From an uncultured Acidimicrobiaceae bacterium (GTDB lineage: Bacteria > Actinomycetota > Acidimicrobiia > Acidimicrobiales > RAAP-2), in the NCBI GenBank assembly GCA_964453355.1, contig CAYVPF010000003.1, positions 1-51,996 on the forward strand: a stretch of DNA of 51,996 nt, written 5' to 3'. This document shows, one piece after another, positions 1-7,963 of the stretch. Position 1 is the first letter of the stretch; every line of letters begins with the position of its first letter. A model generated the notes under the pieces. That model saw only the letters and a program-made list of their open reading frames with translations, made no database searches and had not been told where the DNA came from. The translations under genes were made by a program, and so were the position numbers.

Positions 1-70
1 CGGCAGACGCGGTGCCGGCAGACGCGGTGCCGGCAGACGCGGTGCCGGCAGACGCGGTGCCGGCAGACGC
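1..70 (+). repeat. 15-bp tandem repeat CGGCAGACGCGGTGC, 4 full copies plus a partial fifth, cut by the left window edge
   Basis: Read directly: units at 1-15, 16-30, 31-45, 46-60, partial 61-70. Encodes PADAV pentapeptide repeats in the open frame. Confidence 0.95.
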
Positions 71-194
71 CGGGCCCGCCGGCGCTGATGCGGCCACCGG
101 CCTTACCGATGCCGAGGACGAGGACGAGGAAATGGCCGCCTACAACCGGTACCTGGCCCAGCTGGACGCCTCCGGTCGCCGCAAGCACTGGTAG
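1..194 (+). CDS. 3' end of an unidentified protein (5'-partial) with PADAV repeats and an acidic tail
   Basis: Frame is open from the window edge (codon phase of nt 3) to TAG at 192-194. Mostly G/C third positions. Tail is ...EDEDEEMAAYNRYLAQLDASGRRKHW. No family recognised. Confidence 0.45.
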   Translation, partial: ADAVPADAVPADAVPADAVPADAGPAGADAATGLTDAEDEDEEMAAYNRYLAQLDASGRRKHW

Positions 195-266
195 GCGGAG
201 CATCCACATCGGGGCGGCGACGGACCGAGACGTGGCCGTTCGCTCTCCGGCCGCCAAGGGTGTGCG

Positions 267-1103
267 TCAGCGGTTGAAGGCGGCGGCGATGGCCGGTCGG
301 GCCACGGCGGTCAGGTCCCAGTAGCTGCAGGTACCCCGGTCCCGCAGCTCGAGCACGGCGTCGATGGCTGCGCCGTAGCCGGCCAGGGCGACGGCGCCAC
401 CGACGGAGATGCGGCTGACGCCGAGCCGGGCCAGTTCGCCCACCGTCGGCGCACCGGGGACCATCAGGACGTTGACGGGCAGGTCGACCTCGGCGAGCAG
501 CCGGGCGAGGTCGGCGGGATCGACCAGGCGGGGCGCGAACAGAACGTCGGCGCCGGCTTCCTGGTAGGCCTGCAGCCGGGCGATGGTGTCCGCCGGATCG
601 GGCCGGCCGTGCAGATAGTTCTCGGCCCGGGCCGTCAGGACCGCCCGGACGGCCCCGCCGTGGGCCGCCTCGGCGGCGGCCCGGACCCGCTCGGCGGCGT
701 GGGACAGCTCGTAGATCGGCTCGTCCGGATCGCCGGTGAAGTCCTCGACCGAGCAGCCGGCCGCGCCCCGGCGAACCGCCTCGGCCACCGTGGCCGCCAC
801 CCCCGCCGGGTCGTGGGCGAAGCAGTTCTCGAGATCGGCCGACAGGGGCACGTCGATGGCGGCGGCCAGCTCCTCCACGTGGTCCAGGACCTCCTCCGCG
901 GTCATCGAGCCGTCGAGGCGCCCCCGGGTGGCCGCGAAGCCTCCGCTGGTCGTGGCCACGGCCTCGAACCCGAGGGAGGCGAAGAGGACGGCCGAGCCGA
1001 CGTCCCAGGCGTTGGGCATGAGCAGTGGGTCGCCCGGGGCGTGGAGGACCCGGAACCGCTCGGCCCGGGCGGCCTGGGGACTCGGATCCGTGGGCGCGGC
1101 CAC
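267..1103 (-). CDS. isocitrate lyase/PEP mutase family protein (2-methylisocitrate lyase / phosphorylmutase-like)
   Basis: Track ORF 267..1235 contains FRVLHAPGDPLLMPNAWDVGSA...ATTSGG...SVED...LTARAENYL. Its 5' end would overlap the tRNA, so I trimmed it to GTG at 1103, which has TAGTGT (rc of 1111-1116) 7 nt upstream. Confidence 0.8.
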   Translation of the reverse strand: MAAPTDPSPQAARAERFRVLHAPGDPLLMPNAWDVGSAVLFASLGFEAVATTSGGFAATRGRLDGSMTAEEVLDHVEELAAAIDVPLSADLENCFAHDPAGVAATVAEAVRRGAAGCSVEDFTGDPDEPIYELSHAAERVRAAAEAAHGGAVRAVLTARAENYLHGRPDPADTIARLQAYQEAGADVLFAPRLVDPADLARLLAEVDLPVNVLMVPGAPTVGELARLGVSRISVGGAVALAGYGAAIDAVLELRDRGTCSYWDLTAVARPAIAAAFNR

Positions 1104-1205
1104 GGGTCCCACACTACCGACAGCCGGTCGCAGCCAACTGGCCCATGGTGCAACCCCTCCGTCCCGTCCCACCGAAGTCCGGGCGGTGCGCTCGAGGACG
1201 CCGGG

Positions 1206-1278
1206 CTCCGGGGGGAGGGCTCGAACCTCCAACATCCGGCTCCAAAGGCCGACGTTCTGCCGATTGAACTACCCCGGA
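1206..1278 (-). tRNA. tRNA-Gln (anticodon TTG)
   Basis: Hand-folded cloverleaf on the minus strand: acceptor TCCGGGG/CCCCGGA, D-arm GTTC..GAAC, anticodon stem TCGGC/GCCGG with loop CTTTGGA, T-arm GGAGG-TTCGAGC-CCTCC, discriminator G. CCA is not encoded. Confidence 0.9.
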
Positions 1279-1358
1279 CTGCACCGCCGGCGGCCGACCC
1301 CGGCTGGGGGCGCCGCTGGCGACCGGGCAATTGAAGCATGCCGGCCGGCGGGCGCCGA

Positions 1359-1387
1359 CATAAGAAGGGCGGGACCGGCATAAGAAG
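1359..1387 (+). promoter_or_regulatory. direct repeat CATAAGAAG-N11-CATAAGAAG upstream of the response-regulator gene (candidate autoregulatory box)
   Basis: Perfect 9-mers at 1359-1367 and 1379-1387 (20-nt period), 83-111 nt upstream of the ATG at 1470. OmpR-family regulators typically bind direct repeats. Confidence 0.3.
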
Positions 1388-1469
1388 TTGCCAAGACCAC
1401 CGGCTCACCTGCGATGGCGCCGGTAGGCTCCGCGCCACTGGCCGGCATGGTGAAAGGAGGCGGGGACCG

Positions 1470-2141
1470 ATGAGGATCCTGGTGGTCGACGACGATCCGG
1501 CGGTCCGGTCGTCCCTGGACCGGGCCCTGCGGCTGGAGGGCTACCAGGTCGAGGCGGCGGCCGACGGCCCGACGGCCCTCCAGGCACTGAGCCTGGGGTC
1601 ACCGGACGCGGTCATCTTGGACCTGGGGCTGCCCGGCCTGGACGGCCTGGAGGTGTGCCGGCGGCTGCGGGCCGCCGGGGACGACACGCCGGTCCTGATG
1701 CTGACGGCCCGTGACGCGGTGGACGACCGGGTGCAGGGTTTGGATGCCGGCGCCGACGACTACCTGGTGAAGCCGTTCGCCCTGGCGGAGCTGCTGGCCC
1801 GGCTGCGGGCCCTGCTGCGGCGGCGGTCCGGGGTCGAAGGCGAGGTGCTGCGGTTCGCCGACCTGTCCCTCGACCTCGGCACCCGGGAGGCCCGGCGCGG
1901 CGACCGGGCGTTCACGCTGACCCGGATCGAGTTCGACCTGCTGGAGCTGTTCCTGCGGCACCCCCGGCAGGTGCTGACCCGTGACGTCATCTTGGACCGG
2001 GTGTGGGGGTACACGTTCGATTCCGGCACCAATTCCCTGGCCGTGTACGTCGGCTACCTCCGCCGCAAGACGGAGGCCGGCGACGAGACCCGGTACCTGC
2101 ACACCGTCCGGGGGGTCGGGTACGTGCTCAAAGAGTCGTGA
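1470..2141 (+). CDS. OmpR/PhoB-family response regulator (MprA/PrrA-like)
   Basis: [13 protein letters not shown]...receiver domain plus winged-helix C-terminus (...[14 protein letters not shown]). ATG at 1470 is preceded by AAAGGAGG (1454-1461). Track ORF 1338..2141 trimmed. Confidence 0.92.
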   Translation: MRILVVDDDPAVRSSLDRALRLEGYQVEAAADGPTALQALSLGSPDAVILDLGLPGLDGLEVCRRLRAAGDDTPVLMLTARDAVDDRVQGLDAGADDYLVKPFALAELLARLRALLRRRSGVEGEVLRFADLSLDLGTREARRGDRAFTLTRIEFDLLELFLRHPRQVLTRDVILDRVWGYTFDSGTNSLAVYVGYLRRKTEAGDETRYLHTVRGVGYVLKES

Positions 2142-3508
2142 CCTTCCGCACGCGGCTGGTCCTGGTGGCCGCCGTGGCCGTGGTCATCGCCGTGCTGGCG
2201 GCCTGCGCGGCCAGTTATGTCGTCGCCCGGCACGCCCTGCTGGGGTCGGTGGACGGGACGCTGCAGACAACGGCCAAGAGCGCCCAGGACAACAACGGAC
2301 AGGTCAGCCAGGCCAATGCCAGCCACTTGGGCTACCAGTACGTGGCCCCCGACGGCCGGGTGCTGGGCGGGGGCGGCCTGCCGGTCACCCCCGCCGTCCG
2401 ACGGGTGGCCGCCGGCCAGGAGGCGTCCTACTTCGACAACATCACGGTCGACGGCAACGACTACCGCCAACTGGTGGTGGACGCCGGCACAGTTACCGTC
2501 TCCCGGTTGGGCGTCGGCATCGTCTACAGCGGCCCGGCGGCGCTACAGCTGGCCCTCCCCCTGGCCAGCCTGGAGAGCCGGCTCAACCAGCTGGGGGTGA
2601 TCCTCATCGTGGTCGCCGTGGTGGGGATCGTCCTGGCCCTGGTCCTGGCCTGGCTGGTCGGCCGGACGGCCCTGGTGCCGCTCAACGAGCTGACGGCGGC
2701 GGTGGAGGAGGTGGCGGAGACCACCGACACGTCCAGGCGACTGGACGCCGGCGGGGTCGACGAGCTGGGCCGCCTGCGGCGGGCGTTCAACCACCTCCTG
2801 TCCGCCCTGGACCGGTCCCAAGAAGCCCAACGGCAGCTGGTGCTGGATGCCGGCCACGAGCTGCGGACCCCGCTGACCAGCCTGCGGACCAACCTGGAGG
2901 TGGTCCGGCGGCTGGACGACCTGCCGCCGGAGGACCGGGCGGTGCTGGTGGACGACCTGCTGACCCAGATGGGGGAGCTGACCAACCTGGTGGCCGACCT
3001 GTCGGAGCTGGCCCGGGGCGATCAACGGCAGGTGACCGCGATCACCTATCGGCTGGACCAGCTGGTGGAAGACGCCGCGGCGGTGGCCACCACCCACGGT
3101 CGGGCCCGGGAGGTCCGCTTCGCCGTGGCCGCCCGGCCGACCTGGACCAGGGGCCAGCGGGACCGGGTGGTCCGGGCGGTGGGCAACCTCTTGGACAACG
3201 CCCTCAAGTGGAGCCCCAACGGCGGCCTGGTGGAGGTCACCTGTGCCGCCGGCCAAGAGACGGTCAGGGACCACGGCCCCGGCATCGCCGCCGACGACCT
3301 CCCCCACGTGTTCGACCGGTTCTACCGGGCCCCCGCCGCCCGGGCCCTGCCGGGGTCCGGGCTGGGGTTGGCCATCGTGGCCCAGGTGGTCGAGGCCGAG
3401 GGGGGCACCATCTCGGCCGGGCAAGCCGACGGTGGAGGGGCCTGGTTCCGGTTGGCCCTGCCGACGGTGCCGGCTCCGCCGGCCGAGATCGAGCCGGTCG
3501 ACGACTGA
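2138..3508 (+). CDS. sensor histidine kinase (HAMP-HisKA-HATPase, MprB-like)
   Basis: GTG at 2138 overlaps the regulator stop (GTGA). Two TM segments, H-box [16 protein letters not shown]-box GSGLGLAIV. Confidence 0.9.
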   Translation: MTFRTRLVLVAAVAVVIAVLAACAASYVVARHALLGSVDGTLQTTAKSAQDNNGQVSQANASHLGYQYVAPDGRVLGGGGLPVTPAVRRVAAGQEASYFDNITVDGNDYRQLVVDAGTVTVSRLGVGIVYSGPAALQLALPLASLESRLNQLGVILIVVAVVGIVLALVLAWLVGRTALVPLNELTAAVEEVAETTDTSRRLDAGGVDELGRLRRAFNHLLSALDRSQEAQRQLVLDAGHELRTPLTSLRTNLEVVRRLDDLPPEDRAVLVDDLLTQMGELTNLVADLSELARGDQRQVTAITYRLDQLVEDAAAVATTHGRAREVRFAVAARPTWTRGQRDRVVRAVGNLLDNALKWSPNGGLVEVTCAAGQETVRDHGPGIAADDLPHVFDRFYRAPAARALPGSGLGLAIVAQVVEAEGGTISAGQADGGGAWFRLALPTVPAPPAEIEPVDD

Positions 3509-3694
3509 GGTCTTCAGGTTTTCTTACGCTCCGTTGCCCAGTTCCTTAGACAACGGGCCGAACATGGCCGTGGCCCCACCACCGGCCGCCGCCACGACAC
3601 CCACGGACGCAAACAAGCCTCATCGTGTCCGCCGCACCGCACGCTGGGTCGTCGTCGGCGGCGGGCGGTGGTCGGTCGGCGGGCCGCCGTTGCC

Positions 3695-4075
3695 CTACCC
3701 CGCGGCTCCCCCGGCGTCGATCAGCTCGATGCGGTTGCCGAAGGGGTCGTCGACGAAGCACCGGTGGACCCCCGGCAGGTCGGTGTCGGGCCGGACCGCC
3801 ATGCCGGCCGCCGACAGCTCCCCCACCAGCTCGTCCAGCCCGTCGACCAGAACCGCCGGGTGGGCCTTGCGGGCAGGACGGAACCCGTCCTACACCCACA
3901 GGTGGATGGTGACGGTGCCGTTCGAGAACCAGCAGCCGCCCCGGGAGGCCAGCGGCTCGGGCTTCGGCAGCCGTCGTAACCCCAGGTGGCCGGCGTAGAA
4001 CGCCTCGGCCCGGTCCTCCTCACCGGCGGGCATGGCCAACTGCACGTGGTCGAGGCCGGTCACCGTGAAGCTCAC
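3695..4075 (-). pseudogene. VOC/glyoxalase-bleomycin-resistance family gene interrupted by an in-frame TAG
   Basis: Track ORF 3890..4075 (MSFTVTGLDHVQLAMPAGEED...GGCWFSNGTVTIHLWV*) continues in the same frame after TAG (rc of 3890-3892) as DGFRPARKAHPAVLVDGLDELVGELSAAGMAVRPDTDLPGVHRCFVDDPFGNRIELIDAGGAAG*, ending at 3695-3697. Confidence 0.75.
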
Positions 4076-4187
4076 GGCTCGACGTTACCGCCAGGGCCGC
4101 CGGCGGGGGCGGCTCCGTCGTCGCCGGCGGCCGCCGTCGCCCGTCACCTGGCGGCCGGCGTCGCCGCCCGCTAGCCTGCCGCACGAC

Positions 4188-4286
4188 ATGGGATCGCTCA
4201 TCAAGAAGCGCCGCAAGCGGATGCGGAAGAAGAAGCACAAGAAGATGCTGAAGGCCACCCGCTGGCAGCGGCGGGCCGGCAAGTAG
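4188..4286 (+). CDS. small basic ribosomal protein bS22-like (32 aa)
   Basis: MGSLIKKRRKRMRKKKHKKMLKATRWQRRAGK closely resembles the actinobacterial MGS(V/L)IKKRRKRM.KKKH.K... peptide. TAGCCT (4172-4177) lies 10 nt upstream of the ATG. Confidence 0.8.
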   Translation: MGSLIKKRRKRMRKKKHKKMLKATRWQRRAGK

Positions 4287-4338
4287 CCCGTAGCCTCCCC
4301 GGCGCCGGACCTCTCCTCACCCTCAGCTCATTCGCCCC

Positions 4339-5292
4339 TCAGCCGGTTTGGGCCCCGGCTTCACCCTCCCAACCGGCCGGCACGGCCCGGGCGGTGATCA
4401 GCCTGCCGCGGGCGTTGCCGACCTTCAGCCATGGCCGGCCGGCGACGGCGGTCACGGCGGCGTCACCGGCGACGAACCAGGTGGACCCGCTGCCGGCCAG
4501 CACCGGAGCCGATCCGGTCAGCTCCTCCAGCCGGTCCCGCCATCGGGCCAACCGCGGCTCCACCACCAGGGCGGCCGCCGTCAGGTCGTTGGCTGCCTCC
4601 GTCAGGTCTTCAGGGGTCGCCGGATCGTCCGCCGAGCCAGTGCCAGTGCCGGCGCCGGCACTGCCCGGGCCGTCGGCCAACCGGTCCCAGGCCCGGTAGA
4701 CCGCCGCGGTGTCGACACCGAACGGCGGCAGCAGGAGCACGAACGATTGCGGCCGGAACGGCAACGGGTCCAGCTGCTCCCCCAGGCCCGACACCATGGC
4801 CCGGCCGCCGATCAGGCAGAACGGCACGTCGGCGCCCAACCCGGCGGCCACGTCGACGTCGGCGCAACCGGCCCACCGCAGAACGGCGGCAGCGTCGGCC
4901 GAGCCGCCACCGAGACCGCCTTGGACCGGGATGCGCTTGTGCAGCCGCACCGCCGCCCGCCGACCGACGGCGGCCAGGGCCCGGTTGACCAGGTTGTCGG
5001 GGCCGGCCGACAGCCCGTCCGCCCGGATGCCGGGTTCGGCGGTGACCGCCAGGCCGTGCCCTCCGGGGCGCACCCACAGCTGATCGGCCAGGTCCAGGGA
5101 CACCATCTCGGCCTGCAGCAGGTGATAGCCGTCCGGTCGGCGACCCACCACCCGCAGCGACGTGGTCAGCTTCGCCGGCGCCACCACGGCGGCCTCGCCG
5201 TCACCGGCGGCCCCGGTGGCCCGGTCGGCCGGGTCGGCCGGGTCGGCCGGGTCGGCCGGATCGCCGTCTAGCTCTCCCCGGTGTCCCGCCAT
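4339..5292 (-). CDS. ispE: 4-diphosphocytidyl-2-C-methyl-D-erythritol kinase
   Basis: APAKLTTSLRVVGRRPDGYHLL...PVQGGLGGGSADAAAVL (GHMP kinase motifs). The start is uncertain: ATG at 5292 overlaps rsmA and includes the DPA repeats, while GTG at 5187 gives a typical short N-terminus. Confidence 0.85.
   Translation of the reverse strand: MAGHRGELDGDPADPADPADPADRATGAAGDGEAAVVAPAKLTTSLRVVGRRPDGYHLLQAEMVSLDLADQLWVRPGGHGLAVTAEPGIRADGLSAGPDNLVNRALAAVGRRAAVRLHKRIPVQGGLGGGSADAAAVLRWAGCADVDVAAGLGADVPFCLIGGRAMVSGLGEQLDPLPFRPQSFVLLLPPFGVDTAAVYRAWDRLADGPGSAGAGTGTGSADDPATPEDLTEAANDLTAAALVVEPRLARWRDRLEELTGSAPVLAGSGSTWFVAGDAAVTAVAGRPWLKVGNARGRLITARAVPAGWEGEAGAQTG
5224..5259 (-). repeat. 9-bp tandem repeat GTCGGCCGG x4 (DPA x4 if translated)
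   Basis: Perfect units at 5224-5232, 5233-5241, 5242-5250, 5251-5259. Lies just downstream of the rsmA stop (5268-5270). Confidence 0.95.
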
Positions 5293-6101
5293 CCGGCCAA
5301 CCTCCCCCACTGTTCGACGTCCAGCTCCTCGGCCCGGGCTTGCGGGGCCACCCCGGCGGCGGCGAAGGCGGCCGGGACCACCAGCCCGTCCAGGGACCGC
5401 CGCAGCATCTTCCGCCGGTGGGCGAACCCGGCCCGGACGACCTGGCGGAGGCGATCGTAGGTGACCGTCGCCGGGGGCACCGCCGGTTGGGGCAACCGGT
5501 CGATGCGGACCAGGGCCGAGTCCACCTTGGGCCGCGGCACGAACACCTCCGGGGACACCCGGCCGACCACCGACGCCCGGGCCCAGTAGGCCACGATCAC
5601 CGACACCGCCCCGTAGGCCGCCTGCCCCGGCACCGCGGCCATCCGCTCTCCTACCTCTCGCTGCACCATCACCAGCAACGACGCGACCTGTGGCGCCTGC
5701 TCCAGCACGCCGATGACGAGGGGGGTGGCCACGTTGTACGGCAGGTTGGCCACCAGCGACCAGGCCTGGTGGTGACCCAGCAGGGCCGGCCAGTCCAGCC
5801 GGAGGGCGTCGGCTTCCACCACCGTCACCGACCGGTCGGCCACCACCTGGCGCAGGATCGGCACCAGGTCCCGGTCCACCTCCACCGCCACCACCTCGGC
5901 GCCGGCGTCGGCCAGGGCCAGAGTCAGGGACCCGAGGCCGGCACCGACCTCCACCACCGGGTCGCCCGGGTCGACGCCGGCCAGGCGGACGATCCGGCGG
6001 ACGGTGTTGGGGTCCGCCACGAAGTTCTGGCCGAGGGCCCGGCTGGGGCGCAGGCCGTGGTCGGCCAGCAGCCGCTGCACCTGCGGCCGGCTCAACGTCA
6101 C
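5268..6101 (-). CDS. rsmA: 16S rRNA (adenine1518/1519-N6)-dimethyltransferase
   Basis: LGQNFVADPNTVRRIV...VVEVGAGLGSLT...NLPYNVATP. Start overlaps the stop of the upstream gene (ATGA). Confidence 0.92.
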   Translation of the reverse strand: MTLSRPQVQRLLADHGLRPSRALGQNFVADPNTVRRIVRLAGVDPGDPVVEVGAGLGSLTLALADAGAEVVAVEVDRDLVPILRQVVADRSVTVVEADALRLDWPALLGHHQAWSLVANLPYNVATPLVIGVLEQAPQVASLLVMVQREVGERMAAVPGQAAYGAVSVIVAYWARASVVGRVSPEVFVPRPKVDSALVRIDRLPQPAVPPATVTYDRLRQVVRAGFAHRRKMLRRSLDGLVVPAAFAAAGVAPQARAEELDVEQWGRLAGWRDTGES

Positions 6102-6793
6102 CAGGTGATGGTAACGGTGATCACTCCCTGGCTGGGGTCCCCGATGTCGGAGAACTCGGTGTACGACATGTCGAGGACCCGGCCCGCGTTGTCGGCCTCC
6201 CGGTCGTCGACGATGCAGCTGATCGTGGCCCCGTCGGCGTCGTTGACCACCGTCACCTCGGTGCCCCGGGGCAGGAACGGGCTGGCGCAGCCGCCTACCG
6301 GGGTCTCCGTGTACCAGGTGGCCTGCCCCGTGGCCGATGCGGTGGTCGCCGGGGAAGGGGCGGTAGTCGTGGTGGGTGGCGGCGGCGTGGTGGTGGTCGG
6401 AGGGGGAGCGGTGGTCGTGGTGGTGGTCGACACCGGCGCCGCGGTGAGGGTCGAGGTGGTCGTGGCGGTGGCCGGTGCAACGGCGGTCGTCGTCGCCAGC
6501 GGCAGGTGGTCCTTGAACCGGACCAGCTGCAGGTCGACGTCGTCGGCTCCGGTGGCCTCGGGCGCTTCGGCGGCTTCGGTGGCCGGACCGAGCGCCGACA
6601 TGCGCTGCTCCCCGCCGGCCAGCGTCGCCTCCGCCGGCGAGCCGGCGCGGTTCCCGGACGCGACCGCAGGGGCCTGCCCGCTCAGTATCAGTAGGGGAGC
6701 CGCCAGGATCACTCCGCCGAACAGCAGAGCAAAGCCCGCGCGCCTCCCCCCGCTATTCCGTGTCCTCAGAACTCCACCCTTCTCCGGGGACAT
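6098..6793 (-). CDS. secreted/membrane-anchored protein with Thr/Pro-rich linker and C-terminal RlpA-like double-psi beta-barrel (DPBB) domain
   Basis: N-terminal hydrophobic segment GFALLFGGVILAAPLLIL, linker TTTTTTAPPPTTTTPPPPTTTT, C-terminus GQATWYTETPVGGCASPFLPRGTEVTVVNDADGATISCIVDDREAD..GRVLDMSYTEFSDI. Confidence 0.75.
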   Translation of the reverse strand: MSPEKGGVLRTRNSGGRRAGFALLFGGVILAAPLLILSGQAPAVASGNRAGSPAEATLAGGEQRMSALGPATEAAEAPEATGADDVDLQLVRFKDHLPLATTTAVAPATATTTSTLTAAPVSTTTTTTAPPPTTTTPPPPTTTTAPSPATTASATGQATWYTETPVGGCASPFLPRGTEVTVVNDADGATISCIVDDREADNAGRVLDMSYTEFSDIGDPSQGVITVTITW

Positions 6794-6965
6794 GTGACTC
6801 CGGCTCGGACTGGGCCGGCCGGGATGTTCGTAGGACGCTACGAACCGGTCAACGGGCCGTGCAACTCAAAACGGTCGGCTGCGCCGAACAGGCAAGTATT
6901 TCCCCAGGTCATCGGCTGATTCGCGGCCGAATATTTCTTTTGTCCCAGGTCAAAGGTGGTAAAAT

Positions 6966-6993
6966 AGGATTTCCACGGTGAAATCCCTGCTCA
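6966..6993 (-). terminator. candidate intrinsic terminator downstream of tatD
   Basis: On the minus strand: GGGATTTC-ACCGTG-GAAATCCT (7 WC pairs plus one GU) followed by ATTTT. The stem is AT-rich and weak. Confidence 0.3.
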
Positions 6994-7079
6994 ACGGGGT
7001 AGTAAAAATATGGCGCCAACATGCAACTTCGGCGGGTATTCGCCGGAGCCTGGGGATCCGTTCCCGGGTGGCACCGCCG

Positions 7080-7124
7080 GGCCGCTACACGTCAAAGGCG
7101 GAGGCCGCTACACATTGAAGGCGG
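7080..7124 (-). repeat. imperfect 23-bp tandem duplication of the tatD 3' end including its stop codon
   Basis: GGCCGCTACACGTCAAAGGCGG (7080-7101) versus GGCCGCTACACATTGAAGGCGG (7103-7124), 19/22 identical. The real tail is AFNV-TAG and the downstream ghost copy reads AFDV-TAG. Confidence 0.85.
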
Positions 7125-7959
7125 CGGCCGCGGCGGCCGCCGACGACCGGGCCACGACGTCGACCGCCAGTCCCTTGGTCTCGGCCACCGCCGCCCCGAC
7201 CAGCGAGACGTTGGCCGGCTGGTTGGGCTGACCGCGGTGTGGGACCGGCGCCAGGAAGGGGCTGTCGGTCTCCACCAGCAGGCGGTCCAGCGGGCACAGG
7301 ACTGCGGCCTCGCGGACGTCGGCGGCGTTCTTGAACGTGACGATGCCGCTGAACGACACGAACATGCCGGCCTTAAGGCAGCGGTCGGCCTCGGCCGGGC
7401 CGCCGGTGAAGCAGTGCAGGATGGTCCGGTCCGGCACCCCCTCGGTGCCCAGCACGGCGAACAGGTCGTCCCAGGCGTCCCGGGCATGGATGACCAGGGC
7501 CAGGCCGTGCCGGTGGGCCAGGCCGACCTGTTCGGCAAAGGCCCGCCGCTGGTCGGGCCGCGGGGAGTGGTCGTAGTGGTAGTCCAGCCCGCACTCCCCG
7601 ACGGCCACCACGGCGCCGTCGGCGGCGTCCACCGCCGCCTGCAGCAATCCGGCCGTGTCCGCCGTGCCGGCGGCGGCCTCGTGGGGATGCAGGCCGACGG
7701 TGGCCCAGATCTGCGGCGTCCCCGGCCCGAGGTCGCCGCTCCGGGCCGCCCGGGCCAGGGCCAGGGCCTGGGCAGACGTGGTCGGGTCGGTGCCGACGCA
7801 GACCATCCGCCCCACCCCGGCGGCGACCGTGGCCGCCAGCACGTCGGCCACTCCCCCGCCGCCGGCGGCCCGGTCGGCGGCGAAATTGTCGGCGGACCCG
7901 TCGGCACCCGGCAGGTACCGCTCCTGCAGGTGGCAGTGGGAGTCGAACCAGTCGACCAC
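7108..7959 (-). CDS. tatD: TatD-family metal-dependent hydrolase/DNase
   Basis: VDWFDSHCHLQ...VGECGLDYHYD...LVIHARDAWDD...ILHCFTG...ETDSPFLAP. Confidence 0.9.
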   Translation of the reverse strand: MVDWFDSHCHLQERYLPGADGSADNFAADRAAGGGGVADVLAATVAAGVGRMVCVGTDPTTSAQALALARAARSGDLGPGTPQIWATVGLHPHEAAAGTADTAGLLQAAVDAADGAVVAVGECGLDYHYDHSPRPDQRRAFAEQVGLAHRHGLALVIHARDAWDDLFAVLGTEGVPDRTILHCFTGGPAEADRCLKAGMFVSFSGIVTFKNAADVREAAVLCPLDRLLVETDSPFLAPVPHRGQPNQPANVSLVGAAVAETKGLAVDVVARSSAAAAAAAFNV

Positions 7960-7963
7960 GGGG

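Noticed and set aside
1104-1469. Integrated mobile element at tRNA-Gln
   Set aside because: There is no integrase or recombinase, no visible duplication of the tRNA 3' end (att-like repeat), and the flanking genes look like native high-G+C housekeeping genes.
3531-3556. Hairpin CCGTTG-N14-CAACGG as a bidirectional terminator between the kinase and VOC genes
   Set aside because: The stem has only 6 bp, the loop is 14 nt, and there is no U-tract on either strand.
3890-3892. Programmed recoding of the in-frame TAG (pyrrolysine or suppression)
   Set aside because: No pyl genes or other in-frame TAGs are seen in the window. A neighbouring probable G-to-T change suggests mutation or error instead.
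6794-6960. Confident call of a c-di-AMP (ydaO) riboswitch upstream of the DPBB gene
   Set aside because: Only the terminal CGCGAATC and TCGTAGCG-like strings resemble the motif. The 3' string is sequestered in its own 8-bp hairpin, the span is only about 90 nt, and I could not find the central GGGGUGAAUC- or ACCCGAAUCC-type blocks. It is kept only as a hypothesis to test with cmsearch.
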